Assembly: GCA_965207065.1 (NCBI GenBank)
Contig: OZ242260.1
Coordinates: forward strand, 3,194,514 to 3,258,513
DNA from: a bacterium
GTDB taxonomy: Bacteria > UBA8248
Length of the DNA: 64,000 nt
Reading direction: 5' to 3'
Each line of letters begins with the position of its first letter. Positions within the stretch are counted from its first letter, which is position 1. Shown here in pieces: positions 25,513-35,743 of this stretch. The position numbers were made by a program, and so were the translations under genes. The notes below the pieces were generated by a model, which ran no database searches, was not told the DNA's origin, and worked only from the letters and a program-made list of their open reading frames with translations.

Positions 25513-26421
25513 ATGTTTGCGCAACAGCTGGTGAACGGCCTCGTCGTCGGCGCGGTTTACGCACTCATCGCCCTGGGCTATACCCTCGTCTACGGCATTC
25601 TGCAGCTCATCAATTTCGCCCACGGCGAAATCTACATGATAGGCGCGTACGTGGGCATCGCCGTCCTTGCTGTGCTGGGGACCATGGGCCTCACGCAGAC
25701 GAGCCTGGCGCTGAGCATCGTTCTCGTCTTTCTCATCCCGATGATCTACTGCGCCGCATACGGAATCACTTTGGAGCGCGTCGCCTACCGCCCGCTGCGC
25801 AATGCGCCGAGGCTCTCCCCGCTCATCAGCGCGATAGGCATGAGCCTCTTTCTCCAGAACTACGTTCAAGTCGTCCAGGGAGCGCGCGACAAGGCGTTTC
25901 CCAACCTGCTCGAACTCGGGAGTTTCCAGCTTTTCGGCGCTTACGTGAACGGGCTTCAGATCTTCATCCTGGTTCTGGCCCTGGGTCTCATGGCGGCGCT
26001 CCAGCTTTTCATCAAGAAGACGAAGCTCGGCAAGGCCATGCGCGCCACCGCCCAGGACAGGACGATGGCCTCGCTCGTCGGCGTGAACGTGAACCGGGTG
26101 ATCGCGGTCACTTTCGCCATCGGCTCCGTGCTGGCCGCCGTAGCTGGCGTGATGGTGGGCATGTACTACGGAATCGTGAACCACCACATCGGCTTCGTCG
26201 CGGGTATGAAGGCGTTCACCGCCGCCGTGCTGGGCGGTATCGGCAACGTGACGGGAGCGTTCCTGGGAGGCTTCCTGCTGGCGCTTCTCGAGAGTTTCTG
26301 GGCGGGGTACGTCTCCGCGGTCTATAAGGATGTCTTCGCGTTCATGGTGCTGGTCGTCGTCCTCATCTTCCGGCCCGAGGGAATCCTGGGCGGCTCGGGC
26401 GGCGAGGCGGACAGGACATGA
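25513..26421 (+). CDS. livH: Branched-chain amino-acid ABC permease
   Basis: LivH-type polytopic permease; 302 aa. Confidence 0.85.
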   Translation: MFAQQLVNGLVVGAVYALIALGYTLVYGILQLINFAHGEIYMIGAYVGIAVLAVLGTMGLTQTSLALSIVLVFLIPMIYCAAYGITLERVAYRPLRNAPRLSPLISAIGMSLFLQNYVQVVQGARDKAFPNLLELGSFQLFGAYVNGLQIFILVLALGLMAALQLFIKKTKLGKAMRATAQDRTMASLVGVNVNRVIAVTFAIGSVLAAVAGVMVGMYYGIVNHHIGFVAGMKAFTAAVLGGIGNVTGAFLGGFLLALLESFWAGYVSAVYKDVFAFMVLVVVLIFRPEGILGGSGGEADRT

Positions 26422-27599
26422 GCACATACGCGAGAGTCCCGCTCATCGGTCTTTGGTTCGCCTTTCTGGCGCTGCCTCTCGCGGGATGGAAGAACAGCCT
26501 CTGGATAGGGCTGGGCTGCGCCGCCGTCGTCTTCGTGGTGAGCGCGGCGCGGGCGAGCGCGCAATCAGGCGCTCTGGCGGGGCCGGCGCAGCACATCAAG
26601 ACCGGGTTCGCATCCGCATGGGGTTTCATCGAGGAGAAATCCTACGACAAGCGTTACCTTAGCCTGTTCCTGCTCCTCATTATCGCGCTGCCCTGGACGC
26701 TCGATCGCTATTCCACCGACGTGCTCGTCATCACCGGTATCTACGTCATGCTCGCCCTGGGGCTCAACGTGGTGGTCGGCTTCGCCGGCCTCCTGGACCT
26801 GGGCTACGTGGCCTTCTACGCCGTGGGGGCGTATTCCTACGCTCTTCTGAACAGCTGGTACGGGCTTTCCTTCTGGCCGGCTTTGGGTGTTGGCGTGGCC
26901 AGTTCCGCCCTGTTCGGGATCATTCTGGGAATCCCCGTCCTGCGGCTCCGGGGCGATTATCTCGCCATTGTCACGCTCGGTTTCGGCGAGATCATCCGTC
27001 TCGTTCTCAACAACTGGGACAACGTGACGCAGGGTCCGAACGGCATCCTGGGCATCGGGCGCCCCTATCTGGGCGAGATGCGCCTCTACAAGCCCATGCA
27101 CTTCTACTACCTCGTTGTCATCTTGTGTATCGTCACCATCTTCATCGTGAACCGGCTCGACAAGAGCCGCCTGGGCCGCGCCTGGGCGGCCATGCGCGAG
27201 GACGAGACGGTGGCCGAGTGCATGGGCGTCAACATCGTCTACACGAAACTTTCCGCCTTCGCCTTCGGAGCCGCCTGGGCGGGGTTCGGGGGCGTTGTCT
27301 TCTCCGCGAAGCAGACGTTCATCTCGCCGGAGAGTTTCACGTTTTTCGAATCCGTCATCATCTTGTGCATGGTGGTGCTGGGCGGCATGGCGAGCATCCC
27401 GGGCGTGATGCTCGGTGCGTTCATCCTCACCGTGCTGCCCGAGGTTCTCAGAGAACTCACGCTTTTCCGGCCCATGCTCCTGGGCGGCGCCATGGTGCTC
27501 ATGATGGTGCTGCGGCCCCAGGGACTGCTCCAGGCAAAGGGCCAGCGCCACCATCTCGAGCGCGATGAACCTGAAAGCAAGACAGGGGCGGGGCGATGA
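26418..27599 (+). CDS. livM: Branched-chain amino-acid ABC permease
   Basis: LivM-type permease with a long N-terminal extension; overlaps the livH stop. Confidence 0.8.
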   Translation: MSTYARVPLIGLWFAFLALPLAGWKNSLWIGLGCAAVVFVVSAARASAQSGALAGPAQHIKTGFASAWGFIEEKSYDKRYLSLFLLLIIALPWTLDRYSTDVLVITGIYVMLALGLNVVVGFAGLLDLGYVAFYAVGAYSYALLNSWYGLSFWPALGVGVASSALFGIILGIPVLRLRGDYLAIVTLGFGEIIRLVLNNWDNVTQGPNGILGIGRPYLGEMRLYKPMHFYYLVVILCIVTIFIVNRLDKSRLGRAWAAMREDETVAECMGVNIVYTKLSAFAFGAAWAGFGGVVFSAKQTFISPESFTFFESVIILCMVVLGGMASIPGVMLGAFILTVLPEVLRELTLFRPMLLGGAMVLMMVLRPQGLLQAKGQRHHLERDEPESKTGAGR

Positions 27600-28372
27600 A
27601 ACCAATCGTGCGTCTTTTGATGCTGAAAAAACTCACGCGGCGCTTCGGCGGCGTGGTGGCGCTCGACTCTCTGGACCTGAACGTGCACGAGGGCGAGGTG
27701 TTAGGCCTCATCGGCCCGAACGGCGCGGGCAAGACGACGGCCTTCAATGTGGTGACGGGCCTTTACGCGCCCACCGAGGGCGACGTCATCTTCAAGGGGA
27801 AAAACCTCGTGGGGCTCAAGCCCAGCGCCGTTACGAGCCGGGGCATCGCGCGCACGTTCCAGAACATCCGCCTGTTCCGGGGGATGACGGTGCTGGAAAA
27901 CGTCCTCGTGGGACGCCACTGCAAGATGTGCACCGGCCCGGTCGGCGCGATTTTCAGGCTCCCCGGCATGGTGGCGGAGGAGCGCCGGGCGGTAGACGAG
28001 GCCATGGAACTGCTCGAGTTCACGGGCATCGCCGCCTATGCCTCGGGTATGGCGGAGGCGCTCTCCTACGGGGATCAGAGGAGGCTCGAGATTGCGCGCG
28101 CCCTGGCGAGCGAACCCAGCCTGCTGCTGCTCGACGAGCCCGCCGCGGGCATGAACCCGAGAGAGAAAAGCGTGCTCAACGAACTGATACTGGCGATCCG
28201 TGATCGCGGCGTCACTATCTTGCTGATCGAGCACGACATGAAGGTGGTCATGGGCATCTCCGACCGCGTGGTCGTCCTCGATCACGGGGAGAAGATAGCG
28301 GACGGGACCCCCGCCGAGGTGCGGCGCGACCCCAAGGTGCTGGAAGCCTATCTGGGGACGTCCCATGCTTGA
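27596..28372 (+). CDS. livG: Branched-chain amino-acid ABC ATPase
   Basis: GPNGAGKTT Walker A, LSYGDQRRLEIARAL signature. Confidence 0.9.
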   Translation: MKPIVRLLMLKKLTRRFGGVVALDSLDLNVHEGEVLGLIGPNGAGKTTAFNVVTGLYAPTEGDVIFKGKNLVGLKPSAVTSRGIARTFQNIRLFRGMTVLENVLVGRHCKMCTGPVGAIFRLPGMVAEERRAVDEAMELLEFTGIAAYASGMAEALSYGDQRRLEIARALASEPSLLLLDEPAAGMNPREKSVLNELILAIRDRGVTILLIEHDMKVVMGISDRVVVLDHGEKIADGTPAEVRRDPKVLEAYLGTSHA

Positions 28373-29069
28373 ACTGAGGGATGTCCATTTCTACTACGGA
28401 CAAATCCATGCGCTGCAGGGCGTGTCGCTGGAGGTGCGCTCGGGGCAGGTCGTCTGCCTCATCGGCAGCAACGGAGCGGGCAAATCCTCCACCTTGATGG
28501 CGATCAGCGGCGTCAACGCCGTCTCCCGGGGCGAGATACTGCTCGAGGGCGAAGCCATCCACGCGCAGGAGCCGGACGACATCGTGAGGCGCGGCATCTG
28601 CCAGGTGCCCGAGGGCAGGCGCATCTTCCCGCACCTGACCGTGCTCGAAAACCTGGAGATGGGCGCTTTTCTGAGAAACGACGCCGGAGGCGTCAAGGAC
28701 GACCTCGATTACGTCTGCTCCCTGTTTCCCGTGCTCCACGAGCGGCGCGCCCAGCGGGGCGGGACGCTCTCGGGCGGGGAGCAGCAGATGCTGGCCATCG
28801 CCCGCGCGCTGATGTCAAAGCCCAGGCTCCTCCTGCTCGATGAACCCTCGCTCGGCCTCGCGCCCCGGATCATCGAGACCATCTTCGGGGTCCTGGCGAG
28901 AATCCGCGATGAGGGGACGGGCATTTTCCTCGTCGAGCAGAACGCGCACCTGGCGCTCAATTTCTCGGACTGGGCCTACGTGATGGAGACGGGGCGGATC
29001 ATCATGGGTGATGAACCCGCCGTTCTGCGTGATTCACCCGCCGTCCGCGAAGCCTATCTGGGCGAATAG
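28365..29069 (+). CDS. livF: Branched-chain amino-acid ABC ATPase
   Basis: GSNGAGKSS Walker A, LSGGEQQMLAIARAL. Confidence 0.9.
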   Translation: MLELRDVHFYYGQIHALQGVSLEVRSGQVVCLIGSNGAGKSSTLMAISGVNAVSRGEILLEGEAIHAQEPDDIVRRGICQVPEGRRIFPHLTVLENLEMGAFLRNDAGGVKDDLDYVCSLFPVLHERRAQRGGTLSGGEQQMLAIARALMSKPRLLLLDEPSLGLAPRIIETIFGVLARIRDEGTGIFLVEQNAHLALNFSDWAYVMETGRIIMGDEPAVLRDSPAVREAYLGE

Positions 29070-29254
29070 GGAGGCTTTTTTCGCCGTTCGGGTTTTATGA
29101 AAAAATCCTGATTTCGTGATTGGGCGAATGGAACCAACCGGGGAAGGAGACTGCACTCCCAGTAGTAGAGCACTCAACAACAACTCCCCCCTTGAAGGTC
29201 GGGCATCCCGAGGGAAATGCCCGATGAAAAAGCCCATATAGAGAGCCTGCAAGT

Positions 29255-29610
29255 AGATGGGTTGTAGGGACAGGCCCCCGTGCCTGTCCGAGGTTAGTTC
29301 GATGCCCCCGCGCTTTTCCCTGCGAAGCGCAACCACGGGGATGGATATATCCGATACGGGCGGTCACGGAGGGCAGGGCGGCCACAGGGGGCCGCCCCTA
29401 CGGGTGAATGCGGTTTTTGATCGTCATTCCGGTGTCGGTGCCGATTGATGAATGAGGGTTCGACGAAATCCAGGGACTTTGCTTTTGTAATTGACTTTCC
29501 GCTTTATCGTTTTTCTTGGGCGTCCTGAGATTCGGTAACTCCGTCTGCTCTGGATTCCGGCATTCGCCGGAATGACGGTGAAAACTCTCAAATGGGAGCA
29601 AGAACACCTT
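29255..29610. repeat. Composite REP/MITE-like element (inverted copy of 15700-16035)
   Basis: Shares >100 bp near-identical to the reverse complement of 15850-15945 plus REP hairpin GTAGGGACAGGCCCCCGTGCCTGTCC. Confidence 0.8.
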
Positions 29611-29746
29611 AGGGGGCTTTTTCAATAGCCCCTTCCGCAAAGCCTGTCCGGGCGAAAAAAGCCCGCTCGTCCTTGCCCGCCCGCCCGCTTCGGCCTAAAC
29701 TTCGGGGCGTATCCCTTTTCCACAACCATTCGGGAGGAAAGTTTGC

Positions 29747-30361
29747 ATGATCTACGAAATGCGCACTTATCGGTTGACCGTCGGCGGTGTGGCCGAGTTC
29801 GAGGAGAATTTCGCTAAAGTCATCGACAAGAGGAACGAGGTTTCTCCGATTATGGGATTCTTCCATACCGAGGTCGGGGACCTGAACCGCATCAGGCACA
29901 TCTGGCAGTACGAGAGCATGGACCACCGCGCCGAGGTGCGGGCGAAGACGATGAGCCAGGACTGGTGGCCGCCGCCCAACGGGCATCTCATTCTCGAGCA
30001 GGAGAGCAAGGTGATGACGGCTCCCCCGTTCCGGCCCGAACCGCGGCTGGGGGCGTATGGCAGCGTATATGAGTTCAGAACCTACACCGTGCAGCCCGGC
30101 AAGACGGGAGAAGTCCTGAGCCGCTGGACCGAGCACATCGCGGCGCGGGAAGAGCTCTCCCCGCTGGCGGCGCTCTTCATGACCGATGTGGGGCCGCTCA
30201 ACGAGTGGATCCACGTCTGGGCGTATGAGGACATGAACCATCGCGCCGAGATTCGCCAGAAAGCGCATGAACTGCCGAACTGGCCTCCGGGCTCGCGTCC
30301 GTTCCTGGACACGCAGAATTCAGAAATCTGGATGCCCTCTTCCTTCTCGCCCATGCACTAG
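29747..30361 (+). CDS. NIPSNAP family protein (two tandem NIPSNAP domains)
   Basis: Internal duplication MRTYRL.../YEFRTYTV... with W.YE.MDHRAE repeats. Confidence 0.65.
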   Translation: MIYEMRTYRLTVGGVAEFEENFAKVIDKRNEVSPIMGFFHTEVGDLNRIRHIWQYESMDHRAEVRAKTMSQDWWPPPNGHLILEQESKVMTAPPFRPEPRLGAYGSVYEFRTYTVQPGKTGEVLSRWTEHIAAREELSPLAALFMTDVGPLNEWIHVWAYEDMNHRAEIRQKAHELPNWPPGSRPFLDTQNSEIWMPSSFSPMH

Positions 30362-30371
30362 GCGAGCATCG

Positions 30372-31178
30372 CTACCCCGTGGTGAACAGGTAGAGCAGGG
30401 CAAGTGCGCCCGCGCCCCAGCAGTAGTAGCGAAAGCGCGCGAGGTTGCCGCCCTTAACGAGCCGGATGAGCCAGCCCAGGGCGGCTGTCCCCACGATAGC
30501 CGCGGCCAGCGCGCCGACGGCGAAGGGGAGCAGCTTGGCCCCGAGCGGGCCTTCCAGGTCTTTTATCTTGAGGGCGAATGCGCCCAGGATCGCGGGTACC
30601 GAGAGCAAAAAGCTGAAGCGCGCGGTCTGTTCGCGCGCCACCCCGCGCATGAGGGCGGCGGCGATGGTCGCCCCCGAGCGGGAGATTCCCGGAATGATGG
30701 CGAACGCCTGGAATACGCCGATGATGAGGGCGTCCTTGGCCGTCATTTCGGCTTCTCCGCGGCCTGCGCCCTCCCGGGGTTCGCTCAGGCACAGAATGCC
30801 GCCCGTCACGAGCAGCGCGCAGGCGGCGAGCCTGGGCGAGGCGAACATCTCTTCGACCAGACCACCCAGAAAAACACCCACAATCCCCGCCGGGACCGAT
30901 CCCAGAATCAGGAGCCAGCCAGTTCTTGCCGCGCCGTCGCCTGAATCTTTACCCGCCAGGGACGAGACCCAACCCCGGGCGATGCGCCATAGGTCTTTTC
31001 CGTAGAATACGAGTACGGCGGCGAGCGTGCCGACGTGGAGCAGGACGTCGAAGAGCAACTCGGGTTCTTTCAGTCCCAGAATGCTCTGGCCCAGAACGAG
31101 GTGTCCCGAACTGCTCACCGGCAGAAACTCGGTCAGGCCTTGCACGACGCCGAGAATGAGGGCGTGTTCCCAGGGCAT
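30372..31178 (-). CDS. uppP: Undecaprenyl-diphosphate phosphatase
   Basis: LTEFLPVSSSGH, PGISRSGATI BacA motifs. Start at the internal ATG (MPWEHAL). Confidence 0.85.
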   Translation of the reverse strand: MPWEHALILGVVQGLTEFLPVSSSGHLVLGQSILGLKEPELLFDVLLHVGTLAAVLVFYGKDLWRIARGWVSSLAGKDSGDGAARTGWLLILGSVPAGIVGVFLGGLVEEMFASPRLAACALLVTGGILCLSEPREGAGRGEAEMTAKDALIIGVFQAFAIIPGISRSGATIAAALMRGVAREQTARFSFLLSVPAILGAFALKIKDLEGPLGAKLLPFAVGALAAAIVGTAALGWLIRLVKGGNLARFRYYCWGAGALALLYLFTTG

Positions 31179-31200
31179 GTTCAATCTTCCGGTGGACGGT

Positions 31201-32316
31201 TCATAGGAATCTGACGCCGTCAGGCCCAAGGTTTTTGACCATCTCGCCGATTTTTTCCGCATCCTCAATCGAGCAGATGAGAAGCGCGTCGTCCGTCTCG
31301 ACGACGATGACGTCCTCGACCCCGACTGCGGCGACGAATTTCTTGTTCGAGCGGACAATCAGGTTCTTCGCGCCGATGGCTTCGGTTTTGCCCCCCTTGG
31401 GCAGTATCCACACGTTTCCGTCCTCATCGCGCGGCAGGACGCCTCGTATAGCGGGCCATGTGCCCAGATCGCTCCAGCCGACGTCGGCCGGCAAGACGAT
31501 GAGTTTCCGCGATTTCTCCATCACCGCATGATCGATGCTGATAGACTCGCACTTCTCCCAGGATTTCGCGAATGCGGCTGCGTCGCGCTTCAGTAGTGCA
31601 GATGCCGCCCGGCTTAGCGTTGCGCTCAGGCGGGGCAGGTGGACATCGAGTTCATCGACCAGGTGTGCGGCCTGGGAGACGAAGATGCCGCTGTTCCAGT
31701 AATGTTTGCCGGAAGCAGCATACCTCTTGGCACGGGCGAGAGGGGGCTTTTCAATAAACCTCTTTGCGCGAAACGCCTCTTGGTCTCCCGCATCCGTAAT
31801 GCGCCCGCCGCGCTCGATGTAGCCGAAACCGGTCTCGGGCGAATCAGGCGTCACCCCGAGCGAGACGATTGCCTCATGCTCACTCGCCAGACGCGCCCCC
31901 GCCTTTATGAGTTGTCGGAATTCCCTCGTCTTCGCGACGAACTGGTCTGCGGGCACGGCGCACATGAGCGCGCCCGGCTCTCTCGATTCAATGAGGCGCG
32001 CCGCCAGGCCGAGGCAGGGCGCGGTGTTTCTCCCCGCAGGCTCATGGACGACGTTGCGCTTGGGGATATCGAGATTCCGGAAGAATTTCCGGTGCGCGGT
32101 CGAGGCCATGATGAGCGTTCGCTCGGGCGGGGCGAGGCCGCGTATGCGTTTAAGCGTCGCATCAAGCAGCGTGGGGCCTGCGTTTTTGGGAGGAATCCCT
32201 CCGCCCGGGGGCAGGAATTGCTTGGGCTTCGACTTTCTGCTCACAGGCCAGAAGCGCGTTCCCGCGCCTCCCGCCATGATGACCGCCCACAATGGGGACG
32301 TGTCGCGCCTGGTCAC
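31201..32316 (-). CDS. manC: Mannose-1-phosphate guanylyltransferase
   Basis: AVIMAGGAGTRFWPVSR nucleotidyltransferase motif. Confidence 0.75.
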   Translation of the reverse strand: MTRRDTSPLWAVIMAGGAGTRFWPVSRKSKPKQFLPPGGGIPPKNAGPTLLDATLKRIRGLAPPERTLIMASTAHRKFFRNLDIPKRNVVHEPAGRNTAPCLGLAARLIESREPGALMCAVPADQFVAKTREFRQLIKAGARLASEHEAIVSLGVTPDSPETGFGYIERGGRITDAGDQEAFRAKRFIEKPPLARAKRYAASGKHYWNSGIFVSQAAHLVDELDVHLPRLSATLSRAASALLKRDAAAFAKSWEKCESISIDHAVMEKSRKLIVLPADVGWSDLGTWPAIRGVLPRDEDGNVWILPKGGKTEAIGAKNLIVRSNKKFVAAVGVEDVIVVETDDALLICSIEDAEKIGEMVKNLGPDGVRFL

Positions 32317-32903
32317 TGCAAGAATCCTTTGAACAGGAGAAAACCGCCCAAAAGCAATACGATAAAGATGATGGTCAATAAATTAAAGCGGCGATCGATG
32401 AAACTTCGAATCGGGGGGCCGAAGCGGTGGATAAGCGCGGCCTCGATGAAAAAGCGCGCCGAGCGACTCAAAATCGACGCGATGAGGAAAACGAGGAAAT
32501 TGATTTCGAACGCGCCCGCCGAGATGGTGAACACCTTGTAGGGGATCGGCGTGAATCCGGCGATCGCCACCGCCCAGGCGTCATAGGCGCGGTAGTATTC
32601 CTGAACGATCTGGTATTTATCCGCTACGCCGTAGAACGCGATAATGGGCTCGCCGACGCTTTTCAGGAGATAAAAGCCGATCATGTAGCCCAGCGCGCCG
32701 CCCAGGACGGAGAACGCCGAGCAGACGGCGGCGTAGAGATACGCCCTTTGCGGCCTGGCGAGCGCGAGGGCCATCAGGAGCGGGTCCGGCGGAATGGGGA
32801 AGAAGACGGATTCCGTCGTCGATACGACGATGAGGGCGGGCAGGGCGTAGCGCGAATCCGCCCAGCTCAGCACCCACTCGTAGAGCGCGCGGAGGCTACG
32901 CAT
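32313..32903 (-). CDS. YqaA/DedA-like small integral membrane protein
   Basis: 196 aa, multi-TM. COG1238-like pattern. Confidence 0.5.
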   Translation of the reverse strand: MRSLRALYEWVLSWADSRYALPALIVVSTTESVFFPIPPDPLLMALALARPQRAYLYAAVCSAFSVLGGALGYMIGFYLLKSVGEPIIAFYGVADKYQIVQEYYRAYDAWAVAIAGFTPIPYKVFTISAGAFEINFLVFLIASILSRSARFFIEAALIHRFGPPIRSFIDRRFNLLTIIFIVLLLGGFLLFKGFLQ

Positions 32904-34305
32904 CCGGAAGCGTGACGGCGGGGTATTTTTTTATCTCTTCGTATACTTCGCTCTGGTACGCGCGGAGGGAGGGTTCATCGAGCGCCTCGAAGCGCATGAC
33001 GAGCACGGGCTGGGTGTTGGATGCCCGTATGAGGCCCCAGCCTTTCTCGAAATTGATGCGCGCCCCATCCACTTCAATGGTTTCGTAGAGGTTCTTGAAG
33101 TGTTTCTTTAGGTTTTCGACGATCTGGAATTTCTCCTCGTCCGGGCACGCGACTCTTATCTCGGGTGTCGAGACTGACGTGGGGATCTTAGACACCCGCT
33201 CGGCGAGCGTTTCGCCGGAGTCGCAGAGAAGATGCAGGAGTCTGGCCGCGGTGTAGATGGCGTCGTCATAGCCCAGGTACCCGTCCACGAAGAAGATGTG
33301 GCCGGAGAGTTCACCGCCCAGGGGGGCCTTCTCCTCCACAATCTTGGCGCGTACGAGCGAGTGCCCTGTCGCGCTCATCACCGGACGCCCGCCCATCTGC
33401 TTAACGGCGTCGGCGAGGCGAGATGAGCACTTCACGTCGAAGACGATGGCCTCTCCGGGGCTGCGCGCCAGAATGGGCGCGGCAAGCAGCATGAGCAGTT
33501 CGTCCCCCCAGATGATCCGGCCCGTGGCGTCCACCGCGCCGATGCGGTCCCCGTCGCCGTCCAGGCCGATTCCCGCCTCGGCGCCCGTCTCGCGCACCAT
33601 CGCTATCAGGGATTCGAGGTTTTCGGGCACCGTGGGGTCAGGGTGGTGATTCGGGTAGGAGGCGTCGGGCTCGGTGAAGAGCTCCACCACCTCGGCGCCG
33701 ATTCTTCTCAGCACCTGGGGCGCCAACGTGCCGCCTACCCCATTTCCCGCATCGACGACCACCTTGACGGGCCGCGAGAGCGCCAGGTCCTTGGACGCCC
33801 GCTCGATGTATTGGGGCCGGATGTCGATTTCCTCGAACGCGCCCCGCACCTCGGCCCGGTGGATCCGGTTCTCCTCGATGATTTTTCTGATTTCCTGAAT
33901 TTCAACGCCGTGAATCGCTTCGCGCCCCCGGGTGATCTTGAAGCCGTTGAATTCAGGCGGGTTGTGCGATCCCGTGATCTGCACGGCTCCCGCCACGTCG
34001 AGGTGGTGCGTCGCGAAGGAAACCACCGGGGTGGGAACCATGCCGATCCCGATGACGCGGCAGCCCGAGGCGGTGAGGCCCTTTTGGAGTGCTTCGTAGA
34101 AACCGGGGGAGGAGAAGCGGTTGTCGCGTCCGACGGCGATGGCGGCCCCCTGTGAGCCGCCCAGGTGCGTGCCGAGAGCGCCGCCGATGGTCTCGACGAT
34201 CTCGGTGGTGAGGTCTTTTTCCACAACGCCGCGAATGTCGTATTCCCTGAAGATCAGCGGGTTGATGCCGGGCACGAAAAACTCCTGTTCCGGGCGAGGA
34301 CGCAT
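32896..34305 (-). CDS. manB: Phosphomannomutase/phosphoglucomutase
   Basis: TGSHNPPEFNGFKI active-site serine loop, GLDGDGDR metal-binding loop. Confidence 0.85.
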   Translation of the reverse strand: MRPRPEQEFFVPGINPLIFREYDIRGVVEKDLTTEIVETIGGALGTHLGGSQGAAIAVGRDNRFSSPGFYEALQKGLTASGCRVIGIGMVPTPVVSFATHHLDVAGAVQITGSHNPPEFNGFKITRGREAIHGVEIQEIRKIIEENRIHRAEVRGAFEEIDIRPQYIERASKDLALSRPVKVVVDAGNGVGGTLAPQVLRRIGAEVVELFTEPDASYPNHHPDPTVPENLESLIAMVRETGAEAGIGLDGDGDRIGAVDATGRIIWGDELLMLLAAPILARSPGEAIVFDVKCSSRLADAVKQMGGRPVMSATGHSLVRAKIVEEKAPLGGELSGHIFFVDGYLGYDDAIYTAARLLHLLCDSGETLAERVSKIPTSVSTPEIRVACPDEEKFQIVENLKKHFKNLYETIEVDGARINFEKGWGLIRASNTQPVLVMRFEALDEPSLRAYQSEVYEEIKKYPAVTLPDA

Positions 34306-34514
34306 TTTCGGAAAGCGGGCGAATTATTGCACCCCCTTCTTCGCCGGGCAACCTCATTTTCAATCCCGCCCTTTGTTCTTCCCCGTCGTGAGGGGGTATA
34401 CTGCGCCTACGACCGCCTGTGCGCAGATACGCTCTACGCCTTCTGGATGGTTCGGTTATTGAAAATCTTGAAATTCAGTAATTATTCTTCTCTACATGAC
34501 GGGAGATTTTCGAG

Positions 34515-35213
34515 TTGACCGCAGATACGGGTCCATTGAGCGAGCGAGTAATGATAAAGCTGGGGCGTGGCTTCGTGGGTCTTCTGGTGCGCGTATTCAC
34601 CAGGATGAAAATCAGCGGAATGGAAAACATCCCGCCGGGAGGGAACATCCTCTTTTTGAGCAATCATATCTCCGCGCTCGACGTCCTGGTGATCCCCTGG
34701 GCCATCTACCTGAAATATCCTGAAGAACTGCTTCGCCAAGCGGGAAAAGAAGAGCTTTTCGATCTCCCCGTCGTTGGCTGGATACTGCACAAATGGCGGG
34801 GGTTCCCCATCAAACGGGGCGGGGCGGACAGAAATTCCATCCGAATGATTGAGGAATACATCAAAGAGGGAAAAGTGATCCTCTACCCCGAGGGCACGCG
34901 GAGCCGTGACGGGAGGCTCCTGCGGGGAAACCGGATGGTAGGCCGAATCGTGAGAAACACCACCCCCACGGTCATTCCCGTCTCAATCACGGGGGCGGAC
35001 CGGGTGATTCCGGTGGGCAAGACCCTGCCCCGCCCGGGTACGAGGGTCGAGTTGCGATTCGGCGCCCCGATGGATTTAAGCGGTGAGTATGCAATCGCCA
35101 ACACGAAAGAGGCGAGCCAGAAGATTATCGATCGCGTCATGATGGCGATTGGGGAACTTCAAAACGGGGAAACCGCCGAAATTCCAGAGAAAAAGGGCGC
35201 TGCAAGTGAGTAG
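34515..35213 (+). CDS. plsC: 1-acyl-sn-glycerol-3-phosphate acyltransferase
   Basis: NHISALD (HX4D) and YPEGTRS motifs. Confidence 0.8.
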   Translation: MTADTGPLSERVMIKLGRGFVGLLVRVFTRMKISGMENIPPGGNILFLSNHISALDVLVIPWAIYLKYPEELLRQAGKEELFDLPVVGWILHKWRGFPIKRGGADRNSIRMIEEYIKEGKVILYPEGTRSRDGRLLRGNRMVGRIVRNTTPTVIPVSITGADRVIPVGKTLPRPGTRVELRFGAPMDLSGEYAIANTKEASQKIIDRVMMAIGELQNGETAEIPEKKGAASE

Positions 35214-35697
35214 GGGACCCTTCTCGAAGCCCAGAAAGTTTTCATCCATCCTGAGAGAGGTGCGCCAGAAAGAGCCGTGGGGCAAGAGGCTGGCGAGGAA
35301 TTTCGTGTTTCGAATCTGGCCGAGGGCCGTGGGTGAGGGCATCTCACGGGCGGCGCGGCCGGTATCTATCAGAAAAGGTTGCCTCTATGTGGAAGTTGCG
35401 GACTCGAGTTGGCTGTATGAACTCGAACTGAGAAAACAGGATTTGATGGCGAGAATCAATGAGCACATGGAGGATTCTCGCATCGACGAGATTCGCTTCA
35501 GACTCTCGAACGCAGGCCTCACCTTTGATGATGACGATGAGGAGGATGAACAGGCTGCGTCTTCGCGGAGAGCGACGCCGATTTCCTCCGGCGATGACGC
35601 AGCCATAGAGGACGCCATCGCCGACGTGGGTGATGAGCAATTACGCCGAGCAGCGGAAAAACTCATTTGCCACATTCGTACGCATGGAAATTCCTAA
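35206..35697 (+). CDS. DUF721 (DciA-like) protein; start uncertain
   Basis: ILREV...WGKRLARNFVFRIWPRAVGEGISRAARPVSIRKGCLYVEVADSSWLYEL matches the DUF721 core. Non-ATG start is probable. Confidence 0.45.
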   Translation: MSRGPFSKPRKFSSILREVRQKEPWGKRLARNFVFRIWPRAVGEGISRAARPVSIRKGCLYVEVADSSWLYELELRKQDLMARINEHMEDSRIDEIRFRLSNAGLTFDDDDEEDEQAASSRRATPISSGDDAAIEDAIADVGDEQLRRAAEKLICHIRTHGNS

Positions 35698-35743
35698 TTA
35701 TGATAATATCCGGCGCGAGAAATAGTTGGAGAGGTTGCATTTT

